DNA of 63,647 nucleotides, filler included, from Candidatus Woesearchaeota archaeon (GTDB taxonomy: Archaea; Nanobdellota; Nanobdellia; Woesearchaeales; CG1-02-33-12): assembly GCA_018399355.1 (NCBI GenBank). It is 16 parts of 16 records of this genome, joined end to end, with 100 filler letters (N's around TTAATTAATTAA, not from the genome) between each part and the next. Parts side by side here need not be neighbours in the genome. Positions count along the whole stretch, not along the records: positions 60,162 to 61,956 come from JAGYOA010000080.1; positions 62,057 to 63,647 come from JAGYOA010000082.1; 14 more parts are not named here. The stretch is one strand, 5' to 3'. Of the stretch, positions 60,162 through 63,647 are shown piece after piece. Every line of letters starts with the position of its first letter. The stretch's first letter is position 1. The translations under genes were made by a program, and so were the position numbers. The notes beneath the pieces were generated by a model. The model was not told where the DNA came from. It saw only the letters and a list, made by a program, of their open reading frames with translations, and did no database searches.

Positions 60162-60449
60162 ACTAGATTATTAGATCGATTAAAAAAAAGAATAGAACAA
60201 GCAGAAGAGAGTGGGAGAGGTGTTAATTTATTATTTGGGGGGGAATTGGTTTTTGATATTTATTTAATTAAAAGTATTAAAGGGGATGAATATAAAATAA
60301 ATTTTATTGGTGACGGAGAAGTGAGTTTATTTGATTGGAATCCATCAATTGCATATAATGGATCAAAGGTTTTTTGGTGTGAGGGATTTATTGATAAAGA
60401 TAATTTTGAAGATCCAGAAAACTATAAAAAAGAGGGGTTTTTTTCATGA
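60162..60449 (+). CDS. Hypothetical protein, 5' truncated
   Basis: Open frame from contig start. Confidence 0.5.
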   Translation, partial: TRLLDRLKKRIEQAEESGRGVNLLFGGELVFDIYLIKSIKGDEYKINFIGDGEVSLFDWNPSIAYNGSKVFWCEGFIDKDNFEDPENYKKEGFFS

Positions 60450-60610
60450 GATCAATATCAGAGATGAATAAAAAAGGAATGGGTGAGATGATTAAAAATC
60501 AATTGACTTTGGCATGGTATTTTGACAAACCTTATGAAAAAATAATCTTGATCTTGTTGGGAATTTTGGGATTGTGGAAAGGCCTTGAATTAATTGGAGG
60601 ATTTTTATAA
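60446..60610 (+). CDS. 54-aa membrane peptide (not in ORF track)
   Basis: ATGA overlap; MNKKG motif and C-terminal hydrophobic helix. Confidence 0.5.
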   Translation: MRSISEMNKKGMGEMIKNQLTLAWYFDKPYEKIILILLGILGLWKGLELIGGFL

Positions 60611-60662
60611 GGGAAATTAAAGAAAACAAAAAGTTTATAAAGAAAAAGTGTGTGTGTAAAAT

Positions 60663-61082
60663 ATGACAGATAAAAAAAAGGAGTGTGACTATTGCAATGA
60701 AAGTGTTGATCTTCAAAAACAAAAAATTGTTTCAATAACAACTCACATTCCAAAAGATGAAGATCAAACATTTTATTATCATTTTGAGTGTTTTAAGAAA
60801 AACCACGACGAGAAAATTAAGAAAAAGGCAGATGCAATTATAAAAAACATGCAACAACAAGCACAAGGCATGTTGCAAAATGTTATGGGAGGAATTAATC
60901 TCGGAGGCATGGGTGCAATGTTTAATAATTCTTTGGGACAAAATAAATTCGCAATTGATACACAGGAAATCATTGACGAAGTTAAAAAAGAAGATGAGAA
61001 AAAACATCAAAAAAATAATTCTAAAATAAATGACAAAGAAAAAGATGGAAAAAGAGAAACAAAACGAAAGCAAAAAACTTGA
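60663..61082 (+). CDS. Hypothetical protein with CxxC/HxxC zinc finger
   Basis: CDYC...HFEC. Confidence 0.65.
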   Translation: MTDKKKECDYCNESVDLQKQKIVSITTHIPKDEDQTFYYHFECFKKNHDEKIKKKADAIIKNMQQQAQGMLQNVMGGINLGGMGAMFNNSLGQNKFAIDTQEIIDEVKKEDEKKHQKNNSKINDKEKDGKRETKRKQKT

Positions 61083-61185
61083 ATGTGAAGAATGTGGATC
61101 AAAGTTTGTTTATGTTCGGATCAAGGACAATCAGGTTGTTTGTCGTTCATGTGGCCATATTTCAGAGATGAAAAAAGAGGAATAA
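61045..61185 (+). CDS. 46-aa zinc-ribbon protein (not in ORF track)
   Basis: CEECGSKFVYVRIKDNQVVCRSCG. Confidence 0.7.
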   Translation: MEKEKQNESKKLECEECGSKFVYVRIKDNQVVCRSCGHISEMKKEE

Positions 61186-61192
61186 ATAAAAG

Positions 61193-61900
61193 ATGGTGAG
61201 TGTTCAAGATATAAATCCCTTTGCAAAGTTTAACATTGGAGTTGGTGCAATTGGAAATGCTTTAATTTTATTTGCAATTGTCACAGTTATTTTTGGGTTA
61301 ATTGGTTGGTTGATTTATTGGAGGATCTCTTCAAAACAATATAACAAAACAATTCCTCTTTATAAATCAATTAATGGAGTGAATCTTCTTCAAGCAACTT
61401 ATAAAGCAAAACTTGTTCCGATTTCAAAGGCAGGTGATGGATTATGGTATGTTAAAGGAGTTAAGAAATTTATTGTACCTGCAACAAAAACATCAGCACC
61501 AAATGTTTATCCACACGAAGAAAGGGAAGATGGTGAGTGGATTAATTTTGAAATTGGGACAGTCAATGAACAACAAAAATTGGCAGGTGTTAAGTTTATT
61601 CAACAAGATATGCGAACACAGAGGGTTGCAACAGGCCAAATTTTAGAACAAAGATTGATCAATAAAGGTTTTTGGGAAAAATATAAAGACATGATTGTTC
61701 ATTTGGTTTTTTATATCGTGGTGACTTTATTAATGATTGTGACTTTTTGGCAATGGGGAAAAATTGTCACAGATATTGGGAATTTAGTTAGTCAATTAAA
61801 TAATGTTGCTAAAACACTTAATGAATTAGAATGTGTTGGGGTTGGCGATAAAGGAATAATTCCTGCAATGATCCTTATGCTTTTTAGGAGGGAGAAGTGA
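61193..61900 (+). CDS. Two-TM membrane protein of virus-like element
   Basis: N- and C-terminal TM helices; GFWEKY. Confidence 0.7.
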   Translation: MVSVQDINPFAKFNIGVGAIGNALILFAIVTVIFGLIGWLIYWRISSKQYNKTIPLYKSINGVNLLQATYKAKLVPISKAGDGLWYVKGVKKFIVPATKTSAPNVYPHEEREDGEWINFEIGTVNEQQKLAGVKFIQQDMRTQRVATGQILEQRLINKGFWEKYKDMIVHLVFYIVVTLLMIVTFWQWGKIVTDIGNLVSQLNNVAKTLNELECVGVGDKGIIPAMILMLFRREK

Positions 61901-62140
61901 GTTTTGTGACAAATGTTATCACTCCAATCTTGCAACTTTCTGTTTATCTTTTTATGNNNNNNNNNNNNNNNNNNNNNNNNNNNNNNNNNNNNNNNNNNNN
62001 TTAATTAATTAANNNNNNNNNNNNNNNNNNNNNNNNNNNNNNNNNNNNNNNNNNNNAGATAATTTTCTTAACCATTGCTTTAATAATTCCTTTCTTTGAT
62101 CCATTTTCCACATATTGTCTAATTTAAGGACATAGCCCTA

Positions 62141-62809
62141 TTACGAAGTTTCCTCCTTTATTTTTGTTAAAATTTTATGGACAGCACTTTTGGAAAGTTG
62201 TTTTTTATTTCTTGCTTTATCCCAATAATAAACTTGATTTGAGATTTGCCTAATTGTTAAACCTTGATCCTTTAACTTTATCACATCTTCAATCACTCTC
62301 TTGCTTATTTCAGGCCTACCCCATTTATTTCCTTTGTAACTTAAAACCTTTCCATCCTTTACTCTAATTGATGCCTTAACTCTTGCACTCTTTTTCTTGC
62401 TCTCATCTTCTGCCAACCATCCCATTAAGTTAAGCATTAGTGTGTGCATAATTTCATTAAAGGGATCAGGAATATTGTGCAGTTGTTCCAACCATTCTTG
62501 ATTGTGAGAATGTATTTTGCAATTGTAGAGTTTGCAGTATTCAAAAAACTGCACTAACTTTTTCCTATTTCTAAATAGACGATCAAGATCCCACACAATT
62601 AAATGATCAACTTTTCTCTTTTTGATTACATCTTTAATTAAATTAAACTTCTCTCTTTCAACATGAGATTTAAATCCTGATTTCTTCTCCTGCAATATAT
62701 CATAATCAAATAGGTTTAATCTTTTCACTAATTTTAAACAATCTTTTATTTGATTTTCAGGATTTTGATCTTCTGTGCTTACTCTATTATATATTATTGT
62801 GGATTTCAT
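62141..62809 (-). CDS. Serine recombinase (resolvase family) with C-terminal HTH
   Basis: IYNRVSTEDQ, DLDRLFR, ES...SARVK, WGRP; start re-called at MKST. Confidence 0.92.
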   Translation of the reverse strand: MKSTIIYNRVSTEDQNPENQIKDCLKLVKRLNLFDYDILQEKKSGFKSHVEREKFNLIKDVIKKRKVDHLIVWDLDRLFRNRKKLVQFFEYCKLYNCKIHSHNQEWLEQLHNIPDPFNEIMHTLMLNLMGWLAEDESKKKSARVKASIRVKDGKVLSYKGNKWGRPEISKRVIEDVIKLKDQGLTIRQISNQVYYWDKARNKKQLSKSAVHKILTKIKEETS

Positions 62810-63046
62810 TTTAATTTTCTCCTGATCCATGCTATTACTTTACAGATCCAATGTTTTTTCATGCCCTCAATCATTTTTTTTCTTGTTTCTTCTTTCATCT
62901 TGAACTCTGTATCAACTCCTTAAAATCTGATCCTTTGAAAATTAAATTCATACGGGTGGTATTGGCCATTTCCGAACGAATCAAGGCAAAATATGGCGAA
63001 AATAGGCATTTCCTAAGGGATTCTTGATTATTAGAATGAAATATAA

Positions 63047-63646
63047 TCATTTTACAAATTCCTCCAACTTGTAACCTTTCTTTTCTGCCAATTTCTTATG
63101 TTGGTGAATTGTGGAAAGAGATAATCCCAATATTTTGTGTGCCTCTTCAAACTTATTCTCACACTCTAAATTGGCTAAAACATTCATTATCTTTTGTTGC
63201 TTTTCTGTGAGTGGTTTCCTGTTGTCTGTGGCATTATCCTGTTCCTCTTGCTCTGTCTTGCCTGATAGTTTGTCCATTGTTTTCAAGATGTCTTTATTGA
63301 GTTTAGAGGTGAATTCTGTTTTCTTCTGTTCATATAACTCCACCAATTCATCAGAGGGCTTTGGAATATACCAATCCCTTAATGGCACTGCCTTCTTGTT
63401 TCTAATCACATAAAGGGGATGTTGATATGTCTTTTTGAGATAAGAGTTATATTGTTGTATCTTTGGTCTAACTCTGCTCAACTCTCTCTTTTTATTTACA
63501 CCCACACACTCAAAAATACAATGCAGGAGTTTCATTGATTGACTATCCAAGAAATCAACATAAGGCGAACAAAAGATAAGAATAACATTCTGATGTCTGA
63601 ATGTTGATAAAAGATAATTCATCAACTTGTTTGTTGCACTTTGCCA
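63047..63646 (-). CDS. C-terminal part of a Zot/pI-like P-loop ATPase with HTH tail (5' truncated by window end)
   Basis: WQSATNKLMNYLLSTFRHQNVILIFCSPYVDFLD resembles the post-Walker-B RH block; Walker motifs lie outside the window. Confidence 0.55.
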   Translation of the reverse strand, partial: WQSATNKLMNYLLSTFRHQNVILIFCSPYVDFLDSQSMKLLHCIFECVGVNKKRELSRVRPKIQQYNSYLKKTYQHPLYVIRNKKAVPLRDWYIPKPSDELVELYEQKKTEFTSKLNKDILKTMDKLSGKTEQEEQDNATDNRKPLTEKQQKIMNVLANLECENKFEEAHKILGLSLSTIHQHKKLAEKKGYKLEEFVK

Positions 63647-63647
63647 A

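Overview
This is not one contiguous locus. It is 16 contigs joined by 15 artificial 100-nt linkers (N44-TTAATTAATTAA-N44), so neighbours across linkers are not biological neighbours. Most contigs look like an AT-rich, reduced archaeal genome, inferred to be DPANN and probably Woesearchaeota/Pacearchaeota-like. The evidence is archaeal LonB, PAC2, EF-1alpha/EF-2, TopA, BRE/TATA promoters, GGTGA-type Shine-Dalgarno (SD) sites and an unlinked 5S rRNA. The one long contig (8594-36297) carries ahcY, an lpd-like gene split by one in-frame TAA, PLD, GIDE-LemA, topA, gap/pgk, 5S rRNA, a carbamoyltransferase-SxtJ-DUF5989-SGNH cluster and nucleotide-sugar genes. Six short contigs look virus- or plasmid-like (Zot-like ATPase, serine recombinase, P-loop replication protein, class III signal-peptide membrane proteins, giant K/R/S/P-rich proteins). 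Two contigs are near-duplicate ferredoxin/FTR operons. The three strongest unexplained signals are: (1) a tRNA-Arg(CCT) interrupted in the T-loop by a tandem array of covarying hairpin modules; (2) a promoter-preceded tandem anti-SD plus hairpin candidate sRNA at 17.1-17.3 kb; (3) two inverted 9-bp-period GTTAC/GTAAC arrays inside a replication gene. All family assignments come from motif recognition by eye, not from database searches.
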